From NCBI GenBank assembly GCA_951812955.1, contig OX638340.1, positions 1,120,001 to 1,184,000 of the forward strand: a DNA stretch of 64,000 nucleotides. Direction: 5' to 3'. Shown here one piece after another: positions 36,488 through 45,763 of the stretch (its first letter is position 1; each line of letters opens with the position of its first letter). A program made the position numbers and the translations under genes. This stretch comes from an uncultured Gemmatimonadota bacterium (lineage in GTDB: Bacteria; JAAXHH01). Below the pieces are notes generated by a model that saw only the letters and a list, made by a program, of their open reading frames with translations, ran no database searches and had not been told where the DNA came from.

Positions 36488-37591
36488 ATGGGTACCTTTT
36501 GGCTTCAACGGATCACCACTTTGCTACCGGTCCTGCTCCTGTCGGCCATGCCGGCAATCGCACAGGAGAATAAGGGGGACGGCGGGGAGACCGGTGGAGG
36601 CGAAGGCCTGTCGAACCTTGTCGAAATCTCAGGGTTCGTAGACGCCAGTTATACCTACAGTAACCTGGATGATGCAAATACCTTCGGCCTCGATCAGGTG
36701 GAGATCGACCTGTCGAAAAACCTGGGGGGAATCGGGACGCTGAGGGCCGACCTGGAATGGGTGAGCGACGGAGAGGGCGGCTTTACCCTGGACGCGGAGC
36801 AGGGGTACGTGACCCTGGATCTCGGCCTGGGCCGCGGGAAGGGGAACTATCCGACTCTTACTTTCGGCAAATTCAACGCGCCCATCGGGTTCGAACTCCT
36901 TGACGCCCCGGACATGTACCAGTACTCCCACGCGCTGGTCTTCGACATGGGACTTCCGACCAACCTGACCGGCGCCATGCTGTCCATGGACCTGGGCGGC
37001 GGTGTCGACGTGGTGGTCCACTTGTCGAACGGGTGGGACCAGAACGTGGATGGGAATACCGATAAGATGATCGGCGGCAGACTCGGTTATAGCCACGAGG
37101 AGAAGGGCGGTATCGGCTTTTCGGCCATGCGCGGCGACGAGTCGGGCTTCACGGGCAACCTGACGGTTTACGACATCGACCTGACCCTGACGCCGCGCCC
37201 AGACCTGATCATCGGCGGCGAGTACAACAACGGACGTACGGACCTGGACGAGGTCCTCGAACAAGATTCCAGCTGGAACGGCTACATGGTGATGGCCCAC
37301 TTCGATTTCAACGACGTCGTAGGAATTACGGGACGGTACGACTATTTCACCAGAGAGGTCGAGTCCAATTTCCCCAGCCTGCAAACCGGAAGTACCGGAC
37401 CGAAGTTCAATCTGAAAGAAACACGCCAGGCCCTTACCATCGCTCCGACGTTCGCGCTGGCCGACGGCCTGGGCTTCCTGATGGAACTACGGCGGGATTT
37501 CTCGGACGATGAGATCTTCGGGAACCCGGAAACCGGCGATGCGGAGAAGGCGATGGTCAATTTCGCCTTCGAGATGACCTACTCATTCTGA
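36488..37591 (+). CDS. Putative outer-membrane beta-barrel porin
   Basis: Signal peptide (AIAQ), alternating amphipathic beta-strand pattern, C-terminal aromatic (…EMTYSF). GGAGG RBS. Confidence 0.55.
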   Translation: MGTFWLQRITTLLPVLLLSAMPAIAQENKGDGGETGGGEGLSNLVEISGFVDASYTYSNLDDANTFGLDQVEIDLSKNLGGIGTLRADLEWVSDGEGGFTLDAEQGYVTLDLGLGRGKGNYPTLTFGKFNAPIGFELLDAPDMYQYSHALVFDMGLPTNLTGAMLSMDLGGGVDVVVHLSNGWDQNVDGNTDKMIGGRLGYSHEEKGGIGFSAMRGDESGFTGNLTVYDIDLTLTPRPDLIIGGEYNNGRTDLDEVLEQDSSWNGYMVMAHFDFNDVVGITGRYDYFTREVESNFPSLQTGSTGPKFNLKETRQALTIAPTFALADGLGFLMELRRDFSDDEIFGNPETGDAEKAMVNFAFEMTYSF

Positions 37592-37629
37592 TTCGTCTAT
37601 GGAATGACCTGCTCGTTCAGTCCAGCGCG

Positions 37630-37773
37630 GGACGCGGTCCGGGCAATTTGGTCTGGCGGGGCCAGTTCAGTACAGATCGGCCGCGGCCGCACCGGCTCGC
37701 AGGACGCGGTCCGGGCAATTTGGTCTGGCGGGGCCAGTTCAGTACAGATCGGCCGCGGCCGCACCGGCTCGCA
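37630..37773. repeat. Perfect tandem duplication, 2 x 72 bp, covering the tsaC 3' end, stop codon and 3' flank
   Basis: 37630-37701 is identical to 37702-37773, read directly. Each copy contains the 12-bp palindrome cggccgcggccg. Confidence 0.85.
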
Positions 37774-38356
37774 GGATGTCGGGCTCGTCGCCCGTCAGAT
37801 CGACTACTGTGGACGGCTCCGAAACACCTGCGCCGCCGTCCACGATAACATCCACGGCCTTGCCGTACCGGGACGCTATGGATTCGATGTCGTTTATCGC
37901 GAAACCGTCCGCCGCCGACGCGATGCTGGTACTCAGCACGGGTCGTCCTAGGGCCTGTACGATCTCGAGGCATATGCGGTTGTCCGGCACCCGGATTCCT
38001 ACCGTCCGCCGCTTGCCGATCATGAACTTCGGCACGTCTCGCGAAGCTTCCAGAATGAAGGTATAAGGCCCGGGGAGAAGGCGTTTCATCATGCGGTAGG
38101 CCGCATTGGAAATGTTCTTCGCATACCGGGCGAGATCACTTAAATCCGAACAAACGAAACTGAGCGGCTTCCCGGCGGGAGCCTGCTTGATCTGGTAGAT
38201 CCGGTTGATGGCCTTGCGGTTGAATATATCGCAACCCAGTCCATAGACCGTGTCGGTCGGATAGACGATTACGCCGCCCCGGTGCAGTGCTTCGACGACC
38301 CGGTCGACATGCCGTTTCTGGGGGTGTTCGGGGTGTAGTTGTAGGATATCGGCCAT
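37739..38356 (-). CDS. tsaC: L-threonylcarbamoyladenylate synthase (YrdC/Sua5/TsaC family)
   Basis: VIVYPTDTVYGLGCD, KQAPAGKPL, GKRRTVGIRVPD motifs of YrdC. Confidence 0.8.
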   Translation of the reverse strand: MADILQLHPEHPQKRHVDRVVEALHRGGVIVYPTDTVYGLGCDIFNRKAINRIYQIKQAPAGKPLSFVCSDLSDLARYAKNISNAAYRMMKRLLPGPYTFILEASRDVPKFMIGKRRTVGIRVPDNRICLEIVQALGRPVLSTSIASAADGFAINDIESIASRYGKAVDVIVDGGAGVSEPSTVVDLTGDEPDILRAGAAAADLY

Positions 38357-38362
38357 GGCTGC

Positions 38363-39403
38363 TCAGGAAACGTGATTCAGCACTTTCCGGCATACGTCGA
38401 TGGCCCGGTCGATCTGTTCGCCGCTCACGTCCAGATGGGTTACGGCGCGGATGACGCCCGGCTTCATGGCCAGCATCCGGACGCCTTCTTCCGACAGACG
38501 CTCGACGGCCTCGAAGGGATCAAGACCATCCCGCAGGCTGAAGAAGATCATGTTGCTGTGTATCTCGTCTAGGTCGACCTCGACGGTATCAAGATCGGCG
38601 AGCGCTTCCGCCAGCCGATGGGCGTGGGCGTGATCCTCCGCGAGCCGGGAGATATTGTGCTCCATGGCATAGAGACCGGCCGCCGCAAGGACGCCCGCTT
38701 GCCGCAAGCCGCCGCCCAGCATCTTGCGGTAGTACCTGGCCGTGTCTATCGTAGCCCGGTCCCCCGCCAGGACGCTGCCGACCGGGGCGCCCAGGCCCTT
38801 TGAAAGGCATACGGAAACCGTGTCGACGTGCTGGGTATAGGTCTGGGCCGTGAGACCCTTCGCCACGCAGGCGTTGAACAGCCTCGCGCCGTCCATGTGG
38901 ATACACAAGTTGTTTGACCGCGCGCACGCGCTGACCCTGGAAAGGGCATCCACGGGCCAGGGATAACCCGCGGACTTGTTGTGGGTGTTCTCCACGGCGA
39001 CCAGCGCGGTCCTGCCGTAATGCACGTTGTCGCCCCGCTGTATCACTTCCTCCATCTGCGCCGGCGTGAAAACGCCCCGTTCACCCGTCAGCAGCCGGAC
39101 CTGCACCCCTGACAGCGCGCCGAGGGCGCCGGCTTCCGCGTTGAACACGTGGCTGTACTTTTCCGCAATGATGTCATTGCCGTGACGGGTCTGCGACCGG
39201 ACCGCCACCTGGTTGCCCTGCGTTCCGCTGGTAACGAACAGGCCGGCCTCCTTACCGAGCAGGGCGGCCATGGCCTCTTCCAGCCGATTGACCGAGGGAT
39301 CCTCACCGAAACAGTCGTCGCCGACTTCGGCGTTCGCCATGGCGCGACGCATGGATGGAGTCGGCCTGGTCATGGTGTCGCTGCGAAGTTCGACGATCTC
39401 CAT
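38363..39403 (-). CDS. ltaE: Low-specificity L-threonine aldolase (PLP-dependent, beta-eliminating lyase family)
   Basis: LRSDTMTRPT, DDCFGEDP, FVTSGTQGN, LSKGLGAPVGS (PLP Lys). Confidence 0.8.
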   Translation of the reverse strand: MEIVELRSDTMTRPTPSMRRAMANAEVGDDCFGEDPSVNRLEEAMAALLGKEAGLFVTSGTQGNQVAVRSQTRHGNDIIAEKYSHVFNAEAGALGALSGVQVRLLTGERGVFTPAQMEEVIQRGDNVHYGRTALVAVENTHNKSAGYPWPVDALSRVSACARSNNLCIHMDGARLFNACVAKGLTAQTYTQHVDTVSVCLSKGLGAPVGSVLAGDRATIDTARYYRKMLGGGLRQAGVLAAAGLYAMEHNISRLAEDHAHAHRLAEALADLDTVEVDLDEIHSNMIFFSLRDGLDPFEAVERLSEEGVRMLAMKPGVIRAVTHLDVSGEQIDRAIDVCRKVLNHVS

Positions 39404-39412
39404 GGAATCTCC

Positions 39413-39853
39413 TCAGTGTCCGTACTTGATTAAGGTCACGCTGGTGCCGTTTTCCGTGATATCGAACTCTACTTCGTCCATGAGGGCCTTGATCATCAGG
39501 ATGCCTCGGCCATTTTCCTTGAGCAGGTTGTCCGGGTTTCGCGGGTCAGGAAGGGTGTCGGGATCGAAACCCCGTCCGCAGTCGCAGATGTGGATCCGGA
39601 ACACCGCCGAACTGCAATTGCAGGTGATAATGACCTGCTTGGACTCGTCGCACTGGTTTCCATGAAGAATCGCGTTCTTTACCGCTTCGTTCACGGCGAT
39701 CATGATGTCGCCGCGCGATCCCTTGTCGAAGCCGGTCCGGACCGTCAGGTCCTCTATGCGGCGATCTACCTCCGCCGTCAGATCGGGATTGCTTGGAATC
39801 GACAGTTCCAGCGTCACGCCGCTTCCAGCCTCGCCGTGCTCACATTCGCCCAT
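39413..39853 (-). CDS. HATPase_c_2-type ATP-binding protein (anti-sigma regulatory factor / RsbW-like Ser kinase)
   Basis: Internal ATG at 39853. AVNEAVKNAILHG (N-box), DCGRGFD (G1 box). No partner anti-anti-sigma gene adjacent. Confidence 0.5.
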   Translation of the reverse strand: MGECEHGEAGSGVTLELSIPSNPDLTAEVDRRIEDLTVRTGFDKGSRGDIMIAVNEAVKNAILHGNQCDESKQVIITCNCSSAVFRIHICDCGRGFDPDTLPDPRNPDNLLKENGRGILMIKALMDEVEFDITENGTSVTLIKYGH

Positions 39854-40009
39854 GTAAGACGCTCCATGTGGCCTGCGCGCGAATAGCCCGCGCCCGGCCT
39901 GAATCTCACCGGGATCATCCCCGTCCCGGAACACGGTATCTGCCTTTCGGACAAAACCAAAGTACCGAGTGGGTGGTGCCGTGTCAAGTTCGGGGAGGCG
40001 GGTTGCGGC

Positions 40010-41815
40010 CTACTGCGGTTTTTTGAATCTGCGATCGATCTCCTCGAGCGGCATGCGTACCACAATGGGCCGTCCGCCGGGCGTCACGTAGGGCATTTCC
40101 GTGGCGAACAGGTCGTTGACGAGCCCGTTCATTTCCTGCTGGGACAGCGCGTCGCCCTTACGGATTCCGGCATGGGAGGAGAAGGTAAGGGCGATTCGTT
40201 CTTCCGCCTTCAGGGCCTTCTCCGGTTGTTCCTGCAGGTTCTCAATCATTCTGTGAAACAGCGTATCCACGCCCTGGTTGCTGGCCATACAGGGTACGGC
40301 GTCGACGACCACGGTCTGCTCGCCGAACAGTTTCAAACTGAATCCCAACTTGCCGAAATGATCGAAGTGTTCCTGGACGAGCGCGATCTGGGGAACCATG
40401 AGATCCAGGGTCACCGGGAACAGCAATTGCTGGGAGGGGGCGGATTCATGGGCCATCGTATTCAGAGCCCGTTCGAACAGCACTCGCTCGTGGGCGGCGT
40501 GCTGGTCGATCAGCATGAATCCGTCTTTAACCTGGGCCAGGATATAGGCGTTGTGCAACTGCCAGAGCGATACCGTTTCGCCATCGTTACTCTCCCTGAC
40601 CGCTCCCTGCCCCTCTTCGTCACGCTCCCCTTGCTCCGCCGCCGCCGGGGTATAGGTCCACTCGCCCGAATGGTTCCCGTCGCGGTTTGTGGCGCCGAAC
40701 AGGTCGATCTGGGTCCTTCGATTCACGGCCGATCCCGGATCCGGCGCGGTCGCGCTACCGGGCGCCGCGGCCGGCGTCATCTCGGAAACGTCCGGCGTAT
40801 CCGTCTCGAAAACAGGAACCACGTCCGAGTTCTGAAGCGCCAGCCGAATGGCCCGCAACAGCCGCTCATATACCCTGGATTCGTCGGAGAACCGGACCTC
40901 GCGCTTCGCGGGATGTACATTGACGTCCACCTGGTCGAGGTCGATGTTCAGGAAAATGATGGATACGGGATACCGGTCCCGGGGAAGGATGGAACCGTAC
41001 CCTTCGTACACGGCGTGGTTCAAGGCGCGACTGGACACCGGCCTGAGGTTGATGAACAGATACTGGTGGGTACGGGAAACCCTGGCGGCGTCCGGTCGAC
41101 TGATGAACCCGTGTATCTTGACGAGTTCGTCTTCGAAAGTGACCGGTATCATCTGGTTCATGAGCGTGTTGCCCATGACGGCCTGCGCGCGGGTATAGGC
41201 GTTGGACACGGCGGGCAGGGAAAGGGTATCCCGTCCGTCTACCGTCAGCGTGAAAGCGATATCGGGATAGGCCATCGCCGTCGTGGATACCACGGAGACA
41301 ATATGGCGCGTCTCCGTAGCCGTCGTCCGCAGGAACTTCCGGCGGACGGGTACGTTGTAGAACAACTGCGACACGGCGACCGTCGTGCCCCGGGCCCGTC
41401 CGGCGTCGGTTACCCGCGGAGGCGCCCCCCCGTCGATGCGAACCCGGGTCCCCGCCGTCTCCTCTTCCGCTCGGGACGTCAGGTCCACCCTGGCCACGGA
41501 GGCGATGCTGGCCAGCGCTTCGCCGCGGAAGCCGAAAGTTCCGATGCGATAAAGATCGTCTTCACTGTCGATTTTGCTGGTCGCATGACGCTCGAAGGCC
41601 AGCACCGCGTCCTCGCGGGACATGCCCCTACCGTTGTCCATTACGCGAATGAGTTGCTTCCCGCCCGACCTGACCTCCACGGAAACACGCTGGCCGTCGG
41701 CGTCGATGGCGTTCTCTAACAGCTCCTTTACGACCGAGGCCGGCCGCTCGATCACCTCGCCCGCGGCGATCATGTTCGCCAGCTTCCCGGGGAGCACCTT
41801 GATTTTATCGGCCAT
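40010..41815 (-). CDS. mutL: DNA mismatch repair protein MutL
   Basis: IKVLPGKLANMIAAGEVIERPASVVKELLENAIDA (GHKL ATPase N-terminus), 601 aa, C-terminal dimerisation domain. Confidence 0.9.
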   Translation of the reverse strand: MADKIKVLPGKLANMIAAGEVIERPASVVKELLENAIDADGQRVSVEVRSGGKQLIRVMDNGRGMSREDAVLAFERHATSKIDSEDDLYRIGTFGFRGEALASIASVARVDLTSRAEEETAGTRVRIDGGAPPRVTDAGRARGTTVAVSQLFYNVPVRRKFLRTTATETRHIVSVVSTTAMAYPDIAFTLTVDGRDTLSLPAVSNAYTRAQAVMGNTLMNQMIPVTFEDELVKIHGFISRPDAARVSRTHQYLFINLRPVSSRALNHAVYEGYGSILPRDRYPVSIIFLNIDLDQVDVNVHPAKREVRFSDESRVYERLLRAIRLALQNSDVVPVFETDTPDVSEMTPAAAPGSATAPDPGSAVNRRTQIDLFGATNRDGNHSGEWTYTPAAAEQGERDEEGQGAVRESNDGETVSLWQLHNAYILAQVKDGFMLIDQHAAHERVLFERALNTMAHESAPSQQLLFPVTLDLMVPQIALVQEHFDHFGKLGFSLKLFGEQTVVVDAVPCMASNQGVDTLFHRMIENLQEQPEKALKAEERIALTFSSHAGIRKGDALSQQEMNGLVNDLFATEMPYVTPGGRPIVVRMPLEEIDRRFKKPQ

Positions 41816-41837
41816 GTAGCACGCGCGTCCCTGTGGC

Positions 41838-42980
41838 TCAGTTGTCGTGAGTGATCCGGTAAATCATTCCGGCGTAATCGTCTGATACGAGCAGGGATCC
41901 GTCCGGCATGACCTCCACGTCGGCCGGACGCCCGTATACCTCCTCGTCCTCGAGCCAGCCCGCGGCGAAGTCTTCGTACCCCACGGCCTCGTTGCCATCC
42001 AGGCGCACGAGGGTGATCCGGTACCCGATCTTGCTGTCCCGGTTCCAGGATCCGTGCTCTGCAATAAACACCTGGTGTCGATACTCGGACGGGAACATGC
42101 CGCCGGTGTAGAAACGCATACCCACCGCCGCGACGTGCGGGCCGAGTTCCTGCGCGGGCGCCACCATGGAATCAAGTGGACGTTTGCCGCCGAATTCGGG
42201 ATCCGGAACGCCGATGCCGTGGTGATAGGGGAAGCCGAAATGCTGACCTGATTCGGTCACGCGGTTCAACTCGTCCGCCGGAATTTCGTTCCCCATGAGG
42301 TCCCGCCCATTGTCGGTAAACCAGAGTTCGCCGGTCGCCGGATGCCAGTCGAAGCCCACGGTATTTCGCACGCCGCTCACATAGACTTCCAGGTCCGATC
42401 CGTCCGGGTTCATGCGCATGATGGTCGCATAACGCGGATCAGAGCGCTCGCAGACGTTGCACGGTGCGCCCACGGGAACGTACAGCTTGCCGTCGGGGCC
42501 GAAGCGGATGAACTTCCACCCGTGATGACGGTCGGACGGAAAACCCCCGTTGACCACGACGGGTTCCGGTGGATCTTCCAGGCGGTTTTCGATGTCGTCG
42601 TACCTTAGAACCCGGCTGACCTCGGCGACGTAGAGCGCTCCGTCACGGAACGCGACGCCGCTCGGCATCCTGAGCCCGCGGTCCAGGACGATCACCTCGT
42701 CGGCGGCGAAGTCCCCGTCCCGGTCCCGAACGGCGTAGACGTTCCCTGCGCGGCGGGAACCGACGAAGAGGGTGCCGCCGGGTCCCATGGCCATCGCCCG
42801 CGCATTTTGAACGCCCTGGGCGTAAACGGCGATCCTGAAGCCTTCGGGCAACCGGATACGGGACAGGAGCGGATCGGTTTCCGGGTTACCGGCTCCAGGC
42901 GCGGGCGTAGTTCCACACGCGGCGGCCATCAGGAAGACCGGCAGGAAGAGGCATGTTAAACAAAGGCGGATTGGGGTCAT
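41838..42980 (-). CDS. PQQ-dependent sugar dehydrogenase lipoprotein (glucose/sorbosone dehydrogenase, sGDH family beta-propeller)
   Basis: Internal ATG at 42980. Signal peptide plus lipobox (AAACG). GPDGKLYVPVG and DELNRVTESGQHFGFP motifs of GSDH. Confidence 0.7.
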   Translation of the reverse strand: MTPIRLCLTCLFLPVFLMAAACGTTPAPGAGNPETDPLLSRIRLPEGFRIAVYAQGVQNARAMAMGPGGTLFVGSRRAGNVYAVRDRDGDFAADEVIVLDRGLRMPSGVAFRDGALYVAEVSRVLRYDDIENRLEDPPEPVVVNGGFPSDRHHGWKFIRFGPDGKLYVPVGAPCNVCERSDPRYATIMRMNPDGSDLEVYVSGVRNTVGFDWHPATGELWFTDNGRDLMGNEIPADELNRVTESGQHFGFPYHHGIGVPDPEFGGKRPLDSMVAPAQELGPHVAAVGMRFYTGGMFPSEYRHQVFIAEHGSWNRDSKIGYRITLVRLDGNEAVGYEDFAAGWLEDEEVYGRPADVEVMPDGSLLVSDDYAGMIYRITHDN

Positions 42981-43188
42981 TGAAACGGGTCGGCGGTGAT
43001 CGTTGCAGGCATGTAGTTCGGCCGGAGACGCGGCAGTTTTCGACAGGGTGCTGAATTCAGATTCTGCTCCATCCATGATATAGATTCAAGCCGCACAAAT
43101 CAAGGGCAAACTGATGCTTGCTTTTGTCCGTATCGACCGTTAACGTTTACCACGAGTTCGCCAGAATCCGTCGCATCGAGAACCGGTC

Positions 43189-44526
43189 ATGTCGCGTATC
43201 GAACGTCTGCACACAAATGGTATGGAACCGTATCCCGCCCGGGCCAACAGGTCGCACACGGTGCGGCAGGTCCGGGAATCCGGCGCTGTACTGAGTCAAT
43301 GCGTGATTTCCGGCAGGCTGGTCCAGCTGGATCCGCAGGCCCGGAGCGGCGTGCTGAAAGACTGGACGGGCACGGTCGACCTCGCCCTGGACGAACCGGC
43401 CCTCACCCACGTCCTTCCAGTGCTTTCCAAGGGCGACCTCGTGGAATGTGCAGGTACGTGGAAGAACGGCGTACATACCGTTTCCGCACTGAGGCTCCTG
43501 GCGCCCTGCCTGCGTGAAGCGCCTGAACCGGCAGCGGCCGATGCCGTGCGCATCCGGGAGCGTCTCATGGCCGGAACCCGTTCCTTCTTCGAGTCTCGCG
43601 GTTTTGTCGCCGTAGACACCCCCGCCTTCATGACAGTACCGGACCTGACACCGGCGCTGCGTTCCTTTCGAACGGAATACGTGGACGGCGAAGGCGGAGC
43701 CCGTCCTTTCTATCTGCAGACTTCGCCCGAACATTACATGAAACGCCTACTGGCGGCTGGATGCGAACGGATCTATCAGATTTGCCGGTTTTACCGAAAC
43801 GGGGAACGTTTCGACACCCACCATCCCGAATTCACCGGTTTGGAGTGGTACGAGGCCTATGCAGATTACAATACGGTCATGGACACCACCGAGGACTACG
43901 TGACTTCACTGGCCGAGATGCTCGGTCACTCCGGCAAACTGACCTACCAGGGGACCGAGATCGACCTCCACACCCCCTGGCCGCGATACCGGTTGCGGGA
44001 CATCTTCCTGGACAGGACGGGTATCGATCTGGATGATTGCGATTCGGTGGACGCCTTCGCTTCCATGGCCCGAAGCAGGAAGTTCGAGGTGCGGGGCGAC
44101 GATGACTGGGACGACCTATTCCATCGCGTCTTTCTTTCGGCGGTGGAACCTGCCCTGCCCGCCGGCAGGCCGGTCTTTCTGACGGAATATCCCGCCCGGT
44201 TGCCGTCGCTTGCGCGGTGCGTTCCCGGCAACGCCAGGTACGTGGAACGCTTTGAACTCTACATGGGCGGACTGGAACTGGCCAATGCCTTCACGGAGTT
44301 GAACGATCCGGAGGAACAACGTGCCAGATTCGAGGCTGACCTGGAGATTAAGCGATCCCGGGATGGGCGGGAACGTTACGACGGCAACGTGGACGAGGCG
44401 CTGTTGGCGGCCCTCGAATACGGAATACCCCCGTCGGGCGGTATCGCCTTGGGGTTGGACCGCCTGGCCATGCTTTTTGCCGACGCGCGCACAATCGATC
44501 CCGTGATCATGTTCAGGGATTACTGA
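43189..44526 (+). CDS. epmA: Class II aaRS-like protein: EF-P (R)-beta-lysine ligase EpmA/PoxA/GenX-like catalytic core with an N-terminal LysRS-like OB-fold domain
   Basis: LQTSPEHYMKRLLAAGCERIYQICRFYRNGERFDTHHPEFTGLEWY, RFELYMGGLELANAFTELNDPEEQRARFE, SGGIALGLDRLAM. These align almost residue-for-residue with remembered E. coli EpmA motifs 1-3. There is an extra ~120-aa N-terminal beta-rich domain. Confidence 0.7.
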   Translation: MSRIERLHTNGMEPYPARANRSHTVRQVRESGAVLSQCVISGRLVQLDPQARSGVLKDWTGTVDLALDEPALTHVLPVLSKGDLVECAGTWKNGVHTVSALRLLAPCLREAPEPAAADAVRIRERLMAGTRSFFESRGFVAVDTPAFMTVPDLTPALRSFRTEYVDGEGGARPFYLQTSPEHYMKRLLAAGCERIYQICRFYRNGERFDTHHPEFTGLEWYEAYADYNTVMDTTEDYVTSLAEMLGHSGKLTYQGTEIDLHTPWPRYRLRDIFLDRTGIDLDDCDSVDAFASMARSRKFEVRGDDDWDDLFHRVFLSAVEPALPAGRPVFLTEYPARLPSLARCVPGNARYVERFELYMGGLELANAFTELNDPEEQRARFEADLEIKRSRDGRERYDGNVDEALLAALEYGIPPSGGIALGLDRLAMLFADARTIDPVIMFRDY

Positions 44527-44602
44527 CCGACGATTACTGACCGACAATTACTGACCGACTATTACTGGCCGACTATTATCGACCGACGATTATTGATCGA
44601 CT
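44519..44602. repeat. Tandem repeat, 6 x 14 bp (attactgaccgacN), starting in the stop codon of the epmA-like gene
   Basis: Units at 44519, 44533, 44547, 44561, 44575, 44589, with degeneration in the last two. The epmA-like TGA stop is the TGA of unit 1. Confidence 0.85.
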
Positions 44603-44644
44603 TTAGATTGTCCCAAACCCAATTAACGTACAGAGGAGCGTGGC

Positions 44645-45670
44645 ATGAGGGCACTGATGTATCTGGGAACGCGCAAGATGGAAATGCAGGAGGTTGAAGA
44701 ACCCCGGGTTTCGCCTGGTCACGTCGTGCTGAAGGTAGGCGCGGCGAGCATCTGCGGTTCGGACCTGCACGGCTTTCTGGGAAAGAGCGCAAAGCGCGTA
44801 CCGCCCCTGGTGATGGGTCACGAATTCACCGGTGAGGTCGTGGCCCCGGATCGGGGCGCGGAGGGGCTGTCAGTAGGAGACCGGGTCACGATCAACCCGA
44901 TCCTGTCCTGCGGCCGGTGCGAGGAATGCCTTCGGGGACGCACCAGTATCTGTCCCCGCAGAACGGTCATCGGCATCGAGCATCCGGGCGCCTTCGCCGG
45001 CTACGTCTCCGTTCCGGCGGAATCGTGCTTCAAGCTGCCGGACCACGTGGGCGATCTCGAAGGCAGCATGGTCGAATCCCTCTCGAATGCGCTGCACATC
45101 TTCGACCGGAGCCTCCATGGATTCATCCGGAGCGTGGCCGTCATCGGCGCGGGGACACAGGGGCTTCTGGCCCTTCAGGTGGCCCGGCATATCGGGGCGA
45201 CCCGCATCGCGGTGACGGACATGGTGCCTTCCCGCCTGGAGCTGGCCTCCAGGTTGGGCGCTACCCACGTCATCGACGTGCGCGCGGAAGATCCCGTGGA
45301 AGCGGTGATCGAAATGACGGATGGACAAGGGGTGGATCTGTCGGTCGAAGCCGTGGGGCACACCGCGACGCAGGAACAGGCCGTGCGGATGCTGCGGCAG
45401 GGCGGCGAAGCCGTGCTGCTGGGCCTGGGGGCCGAGGCGCCCATGAGCATCGACGGCGTAGCCATGGTCAACCGGGAACTCGTCGTCCGCGGCTCCTACG
45501 CCTACACAAGTCTGGACTTCGCCTATTCACTGGAACTGATTTCCACGGGCAGGATCGACGTTGCGTCCATGGTCGTCGCACGGGACCTGGAGGAGGGGCC
45601 GGGTATTTTCACGAAGCTGGTGGACGACCCGGGGGATTTGATCAAGGTTTCGCTGGTGCCGAATCCCTGA
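44645..45670 (+). CDS. Zinc-dependent alcohol dehydrogenase (MDR family; threonine/sorbitol dehydrogenase-like)
   Basis: GHEFTGEV catalytic-Zn motif, CGRCEECLRGRTSIC structural-Zn Cys cluster, VIGAGTQGLLALQ Rossmann motif. Confidence 0.85.
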   Translation: MRALMYLGTRKMEMQEVEEPRVSPGHVVLKVGAASICGSDLHGFLGKSAKRVPPLVMGHEFTGEVVAPDRGAEGLSVGDRVTINPILSCGRCEECLRGRTSICPRRTVIGIEHPGAFAGYVSVPAESCFKLPDHVGDLEGSMVESLSNALHIFDRSLHGFIRSVAVIGAGTQGLLALQVARHIGATRIAVTDMVPSRLELASRLGATHVIDVRAEDPVEAVIEMTDGQGVDLSVEAVGHTATQEQAVRMLRQGGEAVLLGLGAEAPMSIDGVAMVNRELVVRGSYAYTSLDFAYSLELISTGRIDVASMVVARDLEEGPGIFTKLVDDPGDLIKVSLVPNP

Positions 45671-45763
45671 TACAGCCCGAATGCGGGTTGGCAGATCGAA
45701 GCCGATCCATCAACCGCAAGCAGCATGGTTGTCGGGGAAGCGGCCCGGCGGCCCGGTAACGGA

